Below, piece after piece: positions 27,640-45,190 of a stretch of DNA of 64,000 bases. Below the pieces are notes generated by a model, which did no database searches, was not told the origin of the DNA, and worked only from the letters and a program-made list of their open reading frames with translations. The DNA is from the human T2T-CHM13v2.0 reference genome, Homo sapiens. Position 1 is the stretch's first letter; each line of letters begins with the position of its first letter. A program made the position numbers and the translations under genes. Location: the NCBI RefSeq assembly GCF_009914755.1, contig NC_060930.1; one strand, written 5' to 3'.

Positions 27640-28746
27640 TCTCCTGCTTTTCTGAATAAACAAAGTATTGGAGATATTAAGCAACCTGGCCAAGTTCACC
27701 AAGATCATGAGAGATGCAGTAGTCTGAATGTCATACTATACTGTTTTGAGGCTTGTTGGGTGGGGGAGAATTTATGAAGACTCATTTATAATGCTGCACA
27801 GTAGGAGTGGAGAGAGAGTGGAGGTGAGCCTAACACTTTTGGATGTCTTTTTTTTTTGGAAGCAATCTATTTAAGAAAGAAAGAGACTGAGGACCTAAGC
27901 TAGAATAAAAGTGATAGAAATTTAAAATTATGTATGGATACTAGAAATATTGAAAAATCTAAATTAAGAAGACTAGCTAACTGACTGCACAGGAGCTGAA
28001 AGGGGAAGTGTGCATAATGAGACAGAAGAGAATTTACTAAATAGGATACAGTTTATTCTACTTTTAAGGATCAACATAAAAGGAAGTTACTCAAACTTAG
28101 AGAAAATTTCTACAATGTTTTAATAGCTGTTTTATGAAAGAAAGTCTAATTTAACCTGCTATTCTTCTCATTTGTTAAAAAGAAGAACAAGAAAAATTAT
28201 ATTTTTTCTTTAGACTCGATTATTCTAGGAAATTTAGTTCTTCAAACTCTAAATTATTGTTTTCTTTTTATGTTTTCCATATATTTCCTCTTCTCATATA
28301 TTGAAGAATAATTAGCTAGATTTAGTCATATTAAATGTTCAAGTGCCACAAGTGTCTCTGATGTAAATGATCTGACACTAATAAAAATAAGTTTTCCAAG
28401 TGATTCATTTTGTAAAACATTCCCAGATTGCTATATTGTAACTTTTTCTGCCCTCTCTGCCATAAAACATGGCATATAAAGACAGGTTCTCTTATCTCAG
28501 AGTAACTTATTTAATTCACAAAAAGATCACTAATTCATTAACTTATCAAAGAACTGCTAAAATACACTGAACTGCTCCTAGTCCCCACCCTGTTCTGCTA
28601 ATCCTGGGTGCCCATCAACCAGTCAACTAGATAAAGAAAGCCCTGGATATAGAAAGTCTTTCATTAGGCCACCATATGGCTTTGCAGCCGCCATACGCTT
28701 TTGGCCCTTCTCTCTGCTCTTATAGGCTCCACAGGCTGTCAAGTGG

Positions 28747-28797
28747 TTGCTGGTCTGTACAGTTTCATATCTTGCTGGTCTATACAGTTTCATATCT
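28747..28797. repeat. 25-bp tandem duplication
   Basis: ttgctggtct(g/a)tacagtttcatatc occurs twice. Confidence 0.9.
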
Positions 28798-31700
28798 GAT
28801 TTTTTACTCTGAAATGAAGTCCTTGTCTCAAATGTGGCTGAACAATCTTCAGTTTCACCAGTAGGTGGGGAAACTCATTTCTTTTTGCTTATTGTCATTT
28901 CTTTTTTTTTCTTAGAAGAAAGTATAGCATTCTTTCCTATGGTCTTTCCCACAACACCACTTATGTGCTCTGGGTTTCTGTTTACTGCCTCCTAGGGTGT
29001 AACAATGAGGAAATCAGGAGGAAGATATTTTGGGAAATAAGAAGCTCAGTTTTAAACCTGTTGATTACGTTAAAGAATACAAATCAAGGAGATAAAAATC
29101 AATTTATTTAAAAATGTTCTTTACATGGGATAAGAGAAAACTGGTGGCCTTTGAGAAATATCTTGAATTGAAAAGTGAAGTAAACATAGAAGCCAAATTT
29201 TAGATAAGTATTCAGATGACAAAATGATCATATATACTCTACATTTCATTTCTTGTGGATGAGACAGCACATATAAAATAATATAGAATGAAGTCTACTC
29301 TGTTTTTAAAGATCAACAGAAAAGAAATCACTCCAACTTTCTGGATAACCAACTAAAATGTTTTAATAATTTTTCAATTAATGAAAGTCTTTTTAATCTA
29401 CCATATTTGACTTAGCAGTTATACGTGTGACATAAACATGGAGAACACCAGTCATCATTTTCCACTTGCAAAGAAAAATGGGGTTTTCTTTTTTAGACTT
29501 CATTTTTTGAGAAAAGTTCATTCTTCAAAATAGATATTGTTCTTATAGTTTTCTTCCTATGTATTTTTCAAACACGTTCCCCTCTCTTATTATGGAAGAA
29601 TCACTAACTAGCTTTGGCCAAGGAAGTTAAATGTTTAAGGATAAAGAGTTCTTAGTTCAAGAAATGGAGACTCATTTGTCAGAAGTAAGACACTAGAGGA
29701 TGGGTATTGGGTAGCTCACAGCAGTATACAGGAGTCAAGATGACAGTGATCTGGCTAAAAATTAAAATGTACATTATTACCCTTGAGCCTCAATACATGT
29801 GTTAAAGGGATAGATGTGGACTGACATGCTTTGATATTTTTTGTAGAACTTTCGGCTTCCTTAGTGCCTTTATCGCAGCTTATACAATCAGAGAGTTCAC
29901 AAAGCTAGGCATGCATTCTCATGTTAAGAAGCAAAGAAAAATTAAAAAATTGAAAATTAGAATTGGTTTGACCAGTTTTTACTCTTTTTGCTAATCAATT
30001 CTGTAAAAATATGGACATATATACTGACTAAACTTAAGACATTCAACATTATGTCAACCCAGATGCTATGATTAAGATGTAAAATCAGAAAATCTGAGTC
30101 TAGATCATTTGTTTCACTATTAAATAATTTTCACAACTATTAACAGTCTTCATCAATACATTATTGGGCCAAATTAACTATCACTGAAAAATTCCAATGA
30201 ATTATTTTTAATACTTTATTTTACAAATTTTATTTAGCAAAATAAGTGTAGTAAGTAAAAGGTAGCTCAATTCCAAAATCATTGTGTAGGTAAAGCTGTA
30301 GAAGAAAGATGCCTATTTTATTGGGAATAGTTTATAATTACCATGAAAATACTCAGTTCAACCTGATAAACTACACAATCTAAGTCTATTTAAAAATATG
30401 TGGTGGTATTTAATTTATTATCATGAATTAGGTATCTCGCTAAAGTTCTACTTCAAAGAAAACCTAAGTATGTCAGTCCAAGTATACCCATTTAACAAAT
30501 GTACTGATGCTCAAAGATATTAACACACATTTTATTCTCAAGTCTGGGACATTGTCATCTTGACCCCTGTATACTGCTGTTAAACACAGAGGATTTACTT
30601 CGAAGCTTTCATTTAAGGAATTGAGTTATTATCCTTTGCTTGACCTTTGTCTATGGCATATTTATCACAGTGCCCTGTAAAACCATAATGTGTGAGAAAA
30701 GTGAGAAAAGGAAGTAATATATTTGTGATTTACAAAGAAAGAAGGAATACATATAAATCAGACTTTTAAAATGCATTAATAGGTACCTCTTACATAATTC
30801 ATTTATAGTCCAAAATCTCTCCCTAAAAATGGTTTTTGTATGTTTTTAAAACAAACATTAGCAAAAGTTACTTCAAATTAATCATGATCTATGATTTCCA
30901 GTATCTATTGCCAGATACTGTTTATATTTATTACTAGGAAGAAAAGAGGGAAGCAGCATTATTTTTTAAAGTACAGAAAGAAATAGTTTTCAAGCTGTTC
31001 CCGTAATGAGCTAGAAATAGTAACCCTGTCAAATTTAATATAAAAATAGTGTTATAAGCCTATGGCATCTATTTATTACTGGAGAACAAAAGCCTTCATC
31101 CATTTCCTTTAGAGAATGACATTTTTGTAATTCGCTGCCCATTTCATTTGTTCCAAAGGCCTTCGTGGGGTGACAAATATCCCACAGAAATGGCTACTGA
31201 TACTTGATAGGATAATGTGCAGCCCCTCAGGACAAGGGCAGAGGCAGCAAACTTATCATCCTTTAGTTTAGCTTAGCATGGGTCACTAACAGCGCCAGAG
31301 GTGACAGAAGATGTTAAAGTGTGGGAAGCAAGAGCTGAAAGCTGTAGGAGGGGAGTTTTTATAGTTTATCTTTCTTTTGCCAAGAAGCTACGGAGACAGC
31401 TTGAATCACATTGTTGATTTGGTTCACTGCACGCCGCACTAACTGTTTCTGGAAAAGAAGAGCAAGGGGGAGAAAATCCAACACTTATGGGTCATTCTCA
31501 CCAACAGCATGTGGCATTTCAACATGTCCTATAGGAGGAGGAAATGCATATTTAATATTTTAGTTTCAAGTTCATATTTTAAGAATGCATTATCCTGCTG
31601 GAAGGTCTGTGGTGAATAATCAGTAGGACGTCATTATATCAACCTGATAATCTTGCAGAGGAAAAAGCGATAGCAATGTCTTTCATTTGGGAATTTTCAC

Positions 31701-33640
31701 AATATTGTTTTCTGTGTTAGTGTGGATAAAAAATGACTAGTATGACTCTTCTTAAAATTTTTAACTTACAAATGTTACAAAAATGTTGTACTTTAAATTT
31801 ATCATTAGCATTTGTCCATTAAGGACAATTGACTTGCATGAAATCTGAATATACATATTTTATTCCCAAGAAAATTAAATCAGAATAGAACTCTCCCTTA
31901 GAATATCATGAAAGAATGATATGCACCAGCTGGTATATTACTTCTGATTCTATTAAAAGATCATGTGATCAAATTCTTCTAAACACTTCTCAGTTTTAAA
32001 AAAAGAAGAAAGTAAAAAGAAAAACATAAGTTCTTCATTAGGCAGGTATCTCTCATCATGGCTGTCATTGCACACAGTGACACTCACGGAAATATGATGG
32101 TTATGTTGTGATGTCTCTAATAGCACATCTGGTAAAATGATTCTGTTTTTGCAATATTAAGAAATCACTTTTTTATGTTACATGTGATTTGAATTAATTC
32201 ATTTTAAAATTTCATTTATATGATGCAAAAATTCCTGAATAACTGATAGGAAAAAGAACTAAAAATTGTGACCTTGTTTCATGAGCAAGATGTCAACTCC
32301 ACCTGAGTAACAGTTTTGATGAGTATCTGAAGCATGATGTCCTGCATTAGAACTGTCAGGGCTTCTTTGATACATTTATTTCTCTTCTTTAAGCAGAAGA
32401 AAAAGGTCCACTTCTGGATTTGTTTCTGCTAATAATAATAAAATGTGTGTTATCAACAGATAACAATATTAGAACTTAAATATATTAGGATAGTTTTAAT
32501 GGAGTAGTAAAATTATTTGCAGTTTGATATGAATATAAGGCATGTTATAAAGTATAGAGCATTTTCTGGCAGACTCCTTTTATTCCAAGCATATATGGAA
32601 AATTACATAATGCTGAACTGCAGGAAGATGAAGACAAACTGATGCCTACTTTGATATAAGTATGTTAAATAGTTCACATACTTTATCTCTGAAGACGTGG
32701 TTGTATGCTCCTAATAACACTATTGCTGGCTAAAATTTATACAGTACTTTTTCCATTGAGTTAGAAATTGTTCCCTTTTCAGAGAGAGGTTCATGCTTAT
32801 TTCCAATGCCAAAGAACTTGTTTTAGTTTTGAAGGTAAATTGAACAAGTGATTGCTTTCATATATCATGTAATTCCTTACATGTTGATGGCTGTAACTTT
32901 TCTACTTAACACATTTTATTCCTTACCATGCCTGTCACTGGTTTAAGCAATCTGCAGGTAATTGATTTCTTCTGTAAAACAGATAACATTTGCTTAAAGC
33001 TCTTCTGATAGCTTTACAGCCTCTGCATTAGGAGAAGCACTTCCGTCACCACTGGCATTCTTATAAAATACAATTATTGTATATCCATCAAAGACTAAAA
33101 GAAAAGGGGAATAGGAAAAGGCAGTGCAAATATTTCCTGACTTCAGCATTCACACCATTCATATTACTAGCAGTTCCCAGAACACCACTCTTTACCTTGT
33201 TTCACTGCCTTAGGCATACGACCTACACTCCTTTTGTATTTTATTGTTTATTTATACAAACAACAAACACACGTTAGTATTTTTCAAATGGTAACGTATG
33301 TTTCATTCATTAGGTTTATCTACCCCCTCCCCAAAATCTTTAATTTGAGGAGTGACTATTTCTCAACTATGGTTCACATTTTTACTCATGACTTCAGAAA
33401 AGTTAATATGTAGCAAGTCCTCTAAATAAACAGCTTTATAATGCACATTAATTGAAAACAAATAAATTCATATTGTCAGAATTTTTCCTTTTTAAAATTT
33501 TTTTGTTGTTTTGTCTTCCTTTCTCATGATCAAACCAGTTGACATTTTTTATCTATTTCAAAAACACTTGAATAAAAGAGGAGAGTGTTGTAACTCTTTG
33601 TAATGAGTTGTTCTGCAATTTAAGATAACCAATTTGACTT

Positions 33641-37165
<3,525 letters not shown>

Positions 37166-37424
37166 TTGACTTGGTTTTTTAAATTATTCAGTGTGTGTAT
37201 ATGCATATATGAGAGAAAACTATAGAAAGGAAAGGAATTACGGAATGTGTCATGAAAAATTAATTTTTTTTTTAGGTATCTAATAGAGATGACCTGATTT
37301 TTTTCCTTTGTCTTTTGTTGCCCTAAAAATAATCTGTATACAGTAGAAGGCTGATTATTTCTCAAATACAAAATATCTGTTGACTGGAAAAGTGCACTAC
37401 AAACTGAATATGTTGATAAAGGGG

Positions 37425-39013
37425 AGATAAACCAACATGGAAGCCAGAAATAAATCCACACACTTGCAGTCAACTCATTTTTGACAAAGGCATTAAGAAC
37501 ATACACTGGAGAAAGGACAGTCTCTTAAAACTTGCTGGGAAAACTGGATACCTATATAAAGAAGAAGGAAATTAGATTTTCATTTTCACCATATATAAAA
37601 ATCAACTCAGAATGGATTAAAAACTTAAATATAAGACCTGAAACTATGAAACGATTAGGAGAAAACATGGGGGAAACTCTCCAGGACATTGGTTTGGACA
37701 AACATATTTTTGATAAGACCTCAAAAGCACACTCAACAAAAGCACAAGTAGACAAATGGGATTATGTCAAGCTAAAAATCTTCCACATAGCAAAGAAACA
37801 ATAAAGTGAAGAGACATCCTACAGAATTTTACAAAAAAATATTTGCAAACCATCCATCTGACAGGGATTAGTTGCCAGAATATATAAGGAACTCAAGTAG
37901 CTCAATAACAAAAGAAATTTTTTGATTTAAAGATGGACAAAAGACCTGAATAGACATTTCTCAAAAGAAGACATACAAATGGCCAACAGGTATATGAAAA
38001 AATGCTCAACATCACTAATCATCAGAAAAATGCCAATCAAAACCACAATAAGATATTATTAACTAGTTGGGATAGCTATCATCAAAAAGACAAAAAATAG
38101 CAATTCTGGTGAGGATTAGGAGAAAAAACTAAGGCTTATACATTGTTGGTAGAAATGTAAAGTAGTGTAGCTATTATGGAAGACATGTCTGGAGGTTCCT
38201 TAAAAAACTAAAAATAGAGCTACCAAATAATCCACCAATCCTACTACTGAATATATATCCAAAAGAAAGAAAATCAGTATGTCAAAGAGATATCTGCATT
38301 CTCATGTTTTATTGAAGCACTATTCACAATAGCCGAAATATGGAATTGACCTAACTGTTCATGTGAATGGTTAAAGAAAGTGTGATATATATAGTGTGTA
38401 TATATACATAAACACTTGTGTATATTGTGTGTGTTTGTGTGTGTGTGTATATTGTGTGTATGTGTATATATATATATATATATGTGTGTATATATATATA
38501 TATGTAATGAAATATTCAGCCAGAAAAAAGAATTGTATCCTGTCATTTGCTACAGCAAGGATGAAACTGGAGGACATTATGTTAAGTGAAATAAACCAGG
38601 CATAGAAAGACAAATATCTCATGTTCTTGCTCATATATGGGAGCTAAAAAAAAAAGAAAAAATTTGAACTCATAGCGATAAGGAGTAGAATGATGGTTAC
38701 CAGAGGCTTAGAAGGGTAGTAGGGAGGCAGAGATAAAGAGCTGTTGGTTAATAGGTACAACATTATAGTTAGCTAGAAGGAATGACTTCTAGTATTTAAT
38801 AGCATAGTATGAAAATTATAGATAATAACTTATTGTATATTTAAAAACAGCTAGAAGATAAAAGGCCTAATGTTCCTAATACAAAGAAAAGATAAATGTC
38901 TGAGGTGATGGATATCCTAATTACCCAGATTTGATCATTATACATTGTATACAGGTATCAAACTATCACTTGTAACTAAAAAATATGCACTAATATTACA
39001 TATTAATTAAAAA
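37425..39013 (+). mobile_element. Old LINE-1 (L1MA-type) ORF2 end and 3'UTR
   Basis: ORF 37532-37804 (KINSEWIKNLNIRPETMK...KWDYVKLK) is ORF2p-like. 3'UTR motifs gtagaatgatggttaccagaggct and gaggtgatggatatcctaattacccagatttgatcatta are present. Confidence 0.92.
38380..38503. repeat. (TG)/(TA) compound microsatellite inside L1MA
   Basis: Direct reading of the sequence. Confidence 0.9.
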
Positions 39014-40813
39014 CCCAGAATGAGTAGTTCATTTAAATTAATAGAGACTTGTCTATTAGATTTGGCTGCTGTTTTAGTTTAGCATCTACTGTCAATATTT
39101 AGGAGTGGTATTATATAGAATTATAAATGACCAAACCAACAAATGTTTTCTGTTTTGCTATCATAACTAATTTTGACCTTTTTCACTTTCAAGTGGAAAT
39201 ACTGAATAATAAGTGCAAAATTAGCATTTTAATCTTTTACATTTTTCTATTTTATTAGAATTACTCTTTATACCTCATATATTAATCACTGTTCTGCCTG
39301 TAGTTTGTATGTTTTCCACACTAAATTTTATGGTTTTGGAAGAACAACTGTCTATATATCTAATTCTCAGATGTATTTTTTATTTATATTATTTTAATTC
39401 TGTTTCTTGATTTAAAACTAAGAGTAAGTTTGACTTATCTTTGGCCTTGGGACTCAGGGAAAGCTATAAATTTGGTGGTAAGCTCTCAAATTATTCTAGT
39501 CACCTGCTTCAGCTTCATTGTCTGTTTTGCTATGCACCCCTTCCCATAACTTCAGCTACGACCTCCCAGATGTCCTCCATTCTGCCATCCCACTTCCACT
39601 TCCAGCGTTCTGCTAGGCAATCCTATAATCTGTAATCATAGAGAACACCACTTTGTCACCTTGCTTCAAACTGATGTCTTTGGAAGACCTATATCTTCCA
39701 GGAAGTCTTTGTGTGTAGTGATCAGAGGAGAGCTGACACCTTCCGTGTCCTTACACTTCTACTCGTCTTCAGTGAAACTTTTTATAACTCCCACAATTGT
39801 ATCATTCATCTTTAAATGAGTTCATGATCATATTTTAGTATATGCTCCTTTTTAGTTATTGTGCCACATAACAAAGACTGATTCCTTCAAGTAAGTGTCA
39901 TCAGTTCTGATAGTAAACTGCCCGAGTAGTTATTTTTATCCAGTGCCCATGGTAGCATTTTATGTAAATTGATAACCAATAAATATATTTTAATCATGAT
40001 GGCATTATACATTTTTTGAGTGTAACAGAGAGTCAGCAGTAGATGATATAATGCCATTCTTTCAAAAATTAGAAATGTTATTAAGAGATTCAAATTTAAG
40101 ATAATCATTTGTTTCTTTTCCCTTGATTGATTTAGGGCTTTAAGAAATTTGCAAGTTTTATGATTTACTTTCTTAATAAAGTACATGTGTTGAGTGCACA
40201 TAAAGTTACGTTCTCCGATTTTTTTTTTCCTTTGGACTAACTCTATGTGACATCAGATCATCAGATGATGAGGAGGAGGAAAAAAATTAATCTTCAAAAT
40301 GTTTCATCTTAACAACCAAACTGTTTCATCTTAACAATTGCCATCCTCTAAATTTTTAGTAATGTTCTAAAATGGTTTAAACTCTCCCTGAGGATCTTGG
40401 CATATGTTTGGACTGCAAGTTCTCTGGAGAAATACAGTGCAGTTTTAAAATTGACTTTGTACAGAAGTTCGAGATACAGCCCTAGGTTAAACGATGTTTT
40501 TACAAAAATGATGAATAAAAGGTGGTTACTTCAGGTCCCCAGTTCTCCATCATACCATTATGATTAACTTGTGTTTACTATATCAATAATACCTGAAATT
40601 TGATTCACTTCTTAACTTGGTGGGATATCAGTCAGAGGTGAATAATGCTGCATTACTAATTTGAGTAATTAGTAATGTCAAATTTGAAAAGTCAAAGCAT
40701 TTGAAAAGTCAAAGCAAAAAGAATTGAGAGCATTGCACTAATATGTAAAAAGTAATCCAATGTGATGGAAGGAAGGATTCCTATTAGTGATTTATTCTTG
40801 AGAAAATGCTTCT

Positions 40814-41250
40814 CTTTTTTTATTATACTTTAAGTTCTAGGGTACATGTGCACAATGTGCAGGTTTGTTACATATGTATACATGTGCCATGTTGGTGTGC
40901 AGCACCCATTAACTTGTCATTTACATTAGGTATATCTCCTAATGTTTTCCCTCCCCCCTCCCCCCACCCCATGGCAGCACTATTCACAATAGCAAAGACT
41001 TGGAACCAACCCAAATGTCCATCAATGATAGACTGGATTAAGAAAATGTGGCACATATACACCATGGAATACTGTGCAGCCATAAAAACGGATGAGTTCA
41101 TGTCCTTTGTAGGGACGTGGATGAAGCTGGAAACCATCATTCTCAGCAAACTATCGCAAGAGCAAAAAACCAAACACCACATGTTCTCACTCAGAGGTGG
41201 GAATTGAACAATGAGAACACTTGGACACAGCAAGGGGAACATCACACACT
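40814..41250 (-). mobile_element. Short L1PA (PA5-like) insertion with 5' inversion (twin priming)
   Basis: Minus-strand poly-T/3'UTR at 40814-40971 is joined to plus-strand ORF2 end/3'UTR at 40972-41250. TSD tgagaaa(a/g)tgcttct at 40799-40813 and 41250-41264. Confidence 0.95.
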
Positions 41251-41966
41251 GAGAAAGTGCTTCTAAGTTTAATATTAAATGCCTTTCTCGAGTTCCTAAG
41301 TGAGCTCTTCCAAGTGACTTATGAGTTGAAGTCATTTCACCTTTGGGTATTTGAGTGAAGTGCTTAATTTCCCTTCTAGCAAAAGATAATGTTGAGACTT
41401 GTGTTAATACAGTATTCCTATTTTAATTGACATATATTCTATATGATAGTAGTGCAAAGATCCTGATTTTTTTTATTTGAAAAGGTAAAAAGCTTCATAA
41501 ACATAAAAATTGTACATAAGAAAACCTAATGCTTACCTATTACTATCTTTTTCAAGTATAGGTCTTCAAGGTCCCCATTTAAATACTTGTACCTTTGTAA
41601 GATGTGTCCTGAGAATGTGAAATGATGACAGTTTCAGGCAGCATGTTTTAGCAGTAAAATGCTGATTGCTTTGATTCCTCCCAGGTGATCAGCACAAGAC
41701 AGGAATCAAGAGCATTGTGTTAACAGACATGTAACTACAGCAATTTAGCTGATGTGCCTGAGAACTGTCCACTTCCTTTGCTGCAGATCTCAGCCACTTG
41801 GTCTGCGTTGTGACTTACCAAGTGGCCACAGGCGTTGCCAAGCTGAATGCTTCATGCTGTGACAGGGTAGAGAGGAGCTGCTTAACATGGGAGAATAGAG
41901 TGTACTGGGCACTGGGTGAGGCAGGTGCCAAAAAAGTCACATCTGTTTCAAAGCAGGAGGATCTTT

Positions 41967-41967
<1 letters not shown>

Positions 41968-42013
<46 letters not shown>
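41968..42013. repeat. (GT)~23 microsatellite
   Basis: Perfect dinucleotide run. Confidence 0.98.
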
Positions 42014-42016
<3 letters not shown>

Positions 42017-42109
42017 ATATGTTAGCTTAGTTCATTCTATTCCTTCCTTTCCATGTTGTCTCTATTTCTTTTCTTATAAAACTGGAGAAATATTTTTCTT
42101 TGTAATTCT

Positions 42110-42190
42110 GATTTTTCATCTGTGGTCCCAGTGCCTGAAACATAGTGAACCTTCAATAAATGTATGTAATATAAATGAATGCATGGATGT
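42110..42190 (+). mobile_element. L2 3' end
   Basis: cccagtgcctgaaacatagtgaaccttcaataaatgt...aatgaatgcatggatg. Confidence 0.65.
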
Positions 42191-43120
42191 GTATAAGTCA
42201 TAAGTGCTTAGACATTACTGCAGTTCTAGACAAACACTGACATTCGTGGCTATCAGATCCAGTGGGGATATTCCCAATAGCCATATAAAATCCTAACTTC
42301 ATGTAAAGACCTTTTGGGAAATGCGGTAATATCAGAAAGAAGAAAACCTAAGTCTCTAATATTTTACTTATGTTATTGCAATGCTGAAACATTGAACAAA
42401 AAACATTTGACATTTTTAGAACAAGTCTGAGTCTCTCTAGTTGTAGATAAAATGCTACAGTCACTAGTTTCAATGGTTTCCCCTCAGGAAGAGGCAAAAT
42501 GTAGAAGGAAACAACAATCACGAGGGAATGATAGACCCTGAATAGTTAAAAATATGTTTTCAAGAGTCACTCTTAGGAGGAATTCTAAATCATTTTATAA
42601 GGGAATTCTAACAAGGGCAGGGACCAGGGGATTTGTGTAGGACAATGAGATGACTTAAGCAGAATAGAGCCTTTCCATCCCCTGGAACACCAGGGCTCCT
42701 TGTTTTCTACCTAGGGTCTCCTTTCAGTTTCTGTCATTCAAAAGTCTGAGGCTACTACAGATTCCAAGAAAGTTTAGATCACTTTCAAGTGGCAGTCACA
42801 ATTGTAGGAGTAAGGAGGTCTTCTTTCCTGCATGGGTAGCAGATAAGATCCCTTAACAATAGAAAAAGGTACAGGCTAGAACTGGAGAGTAGGTAATTTA
42901 TATGTTGGCAAGTTTCCAGAATTTCTGTTTTCAGTTCTTTATTTTGGAAAAAAATAACAAAACACATCTATGTAAAAGACTTCAAATTTTCTACATTTTT
43001 CATAGCATTGTTTATATTGACAATTTAAAATTAAACTATAATAGTAGACAACAGTTCCAATAAACCTCACTCAATTAAGAATCCAAATATAATGTTGATT
43101 CCTGTAAGAAGAGAGGTTTT

Positions 43121-43235
43121 TGTTTTTGTTTGTTTGTTGTTTTTTGAGATGGAGTCTTGCTCTGTCACCTGGGTTGGAGTGCAGTGGCTCATTCTCGACT
43201 CACTGCAACCTCTGCCACCCAGGATATAGCAATTC
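43121..43235 (-). mobile_element. Heavily 5'-truncated AluS (right-arm end only)
   Basis: Tail plus gagatggagtcttgctctgtcacc...cactgcaacctctgcc. TSD aagaa(g/a)agag(g/t)tttt at 43106-43120 and 43236-43250. Confidence 0.9.
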
Positions 43236-43819
43236 AAGAAAAGAGTTTTTACTAATGACATCGCTAGAGACAAATGAGTGAACAGTAATGCTGTTATAAT
43301 TGTGCTTTGGTTTATAAATTATTTGAGATTTTCATAGCACTAAATAATACTAAAGGCAGATTACTTAATTAGTTCAGTCAGATATTGATAAGCCACTAAC
43401 ACCCCAAACTATTACTTATTACTGTTTCTTATTTTTCCATCCAAATCAGAAAAGAATATTTTTTTCTATGGCTTACATCTCTGGAAGATACTTGAAATTT
43501 GCAGGCCTAAAATAAGACATTTTGAGGTAAATTTGCTTATATTCTATAAAGTTTGAGGTATTTCTTCTTGGAAAAAAAAGGTCTGTTTTATTTGCAGTCT
43601 CTTGGCAAAGCCTTAGGAGTCATAGAAAGATATAATCAAGGATACGCTGAAGATGCATGGAAAATGCTCAGGTAAAATGATGCAAAAATTCCCACAGCCC
43701 TAGAAGACCATCATATCAACATCATTGCTAAAAACATCTTTCTGGTGGTAGAGAAAGTAACATATTTCACCACTGAATAGATTTCATCTGTTCTGCCTCT
43801 CTTAGCCCATTAATGAGAA

Positions 43820-44042
43820 AGAGAAAGAGAGTGTGAGAGAAGAGGAATTGAAGCAGGTAGAACAGTCCTGAACTCCACCTGAAGCTTAGGATGAAGCCCA
43901 GGAACATCCAGCCTAGATCATTTGACCAACAGCCAACTTGCAGATTGGTAGGCATGGATAAAATAATTGTCAATTTAAGACCCTAAGAAGTTTAGGAGTG
44001 GTTTGTTACTCAGCACTACTATGGAAATAGCCAACTGATACA
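43820..44042 (+). mobile_element. MaLR LTR relic (MLT1-type) 3' part
   Basis: ccagcctagatca...gtggtttgttactcagcactactatggaaatagccaactgataca, the typical MLT1 terminus ending in CA. Confidence 0.7.
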
Positions 44043-44891
44043 TGTGCTAATGGTAATTTTTAGTGGGGTTCATCAAGTACAGTTTATCCACACAGACATA
44101 TTGAAAGATATTGATTTCTAATTTTGGTATTGATACAATACAGTACAACACCAATACAATACAAAGGTATTGATTGCTGATTTCACTACTGTATTAAAGA
44201 GACATATCCTACTAATTACTAAGAATAATAAAACAACTCTGTAGCTTCATATGAAGAAGTAGCCATTACAACATAGCTCTAAAAATAGTACATAAAGAAC
44301 TAAATAATGCTGGTTGTAACAATCTTACTTTTGTGGAAGCACTCTTTTTGTTCAACTTTTATTTTGTATTGAAGGAGCACATGTGCAAGTGTGTTACCTG
44401 GATAAATGTGTGATGCTAAGGTTTGGGGTATGAATCATCCCATCACCCAGGTACTGAAAATAGTACCCACCAGTTAGTTTTTCAACCCTTGCCACACTCC
44501 CTACCTACCCCACTAGTAGTTCATGTTGCTACAAAGGACATGTTTTTCATCTTTTTTATGGCTGCCTATTATTCCATGGTGTATATGTACCGTATTTTCT
44601 GTGTCCAATCCACCACTAATGGGAACCTAGTTTAATTCCATATCTTTGCTATTTGTGAATAGTGCTGCAATGAACATGTGAGTGCATGTGTCTTTTTGGT
44701 AGAATGATTTGGTATTTTGGATATATACACAGTAATGGGATTGCTGGGTTGTATGATAATTCTACATTAAGTTCTTTGAGACCTTACCAAACTGCTTTTC
44801 ATAGTGGTTGAACTAATTTACATTCCTGCTAACAATGTATAAGCATTCCCTTTTCTCCACAGCCTAGTCAGCATGTGTTATTTTTTGAATA

Positions 44892-45190
44892 TTTATTTTT
44901 TTATTTTGAGACAGAGTTTGACTCTTGTTGCCCAGGCTGGAGTGCAATGGCACGATCTTGGCTCACTGCAACCTCTGCCTCCCGGTCCAAGCGATTCTTC
45001 TGCCTCAGCCTCCCAAGTAGCTGGGATTACAGGCTCCTGCCACCACACTCAGCTAATTTTTTGTACTTCTATTAGAGATTGGGTTTCAACATGTTGACCA
45101 GGCTGGTCTCGAACTCCTTACCTCAAGTGATCTGCCTGCCTCGGTCTCCCAAAGTGCTGTAATTACAGGCGTGAGCCACTGTGCCAGGCC
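44892..45190 (-). mobile_element. AluSq/Sp-type SINE nested in L1
   Basis: ctcttgttgcccaggctggagtgcaatggc is diagnostic. Full dimer present. Confidence 0.93.

Noticed and set aside
31289-31306. Possible CTCF site cagcgccagaggtgac
   Set aside because: Core spacing and bases do not fit the CTCF consensus.
44279-44288. MEF2-like CTAAAAATAG here, and scattered ATGCAAAT octamers elsewhere in the window
   Set aside because: Expected by chance in sequence this AT-rich, with no independent support.
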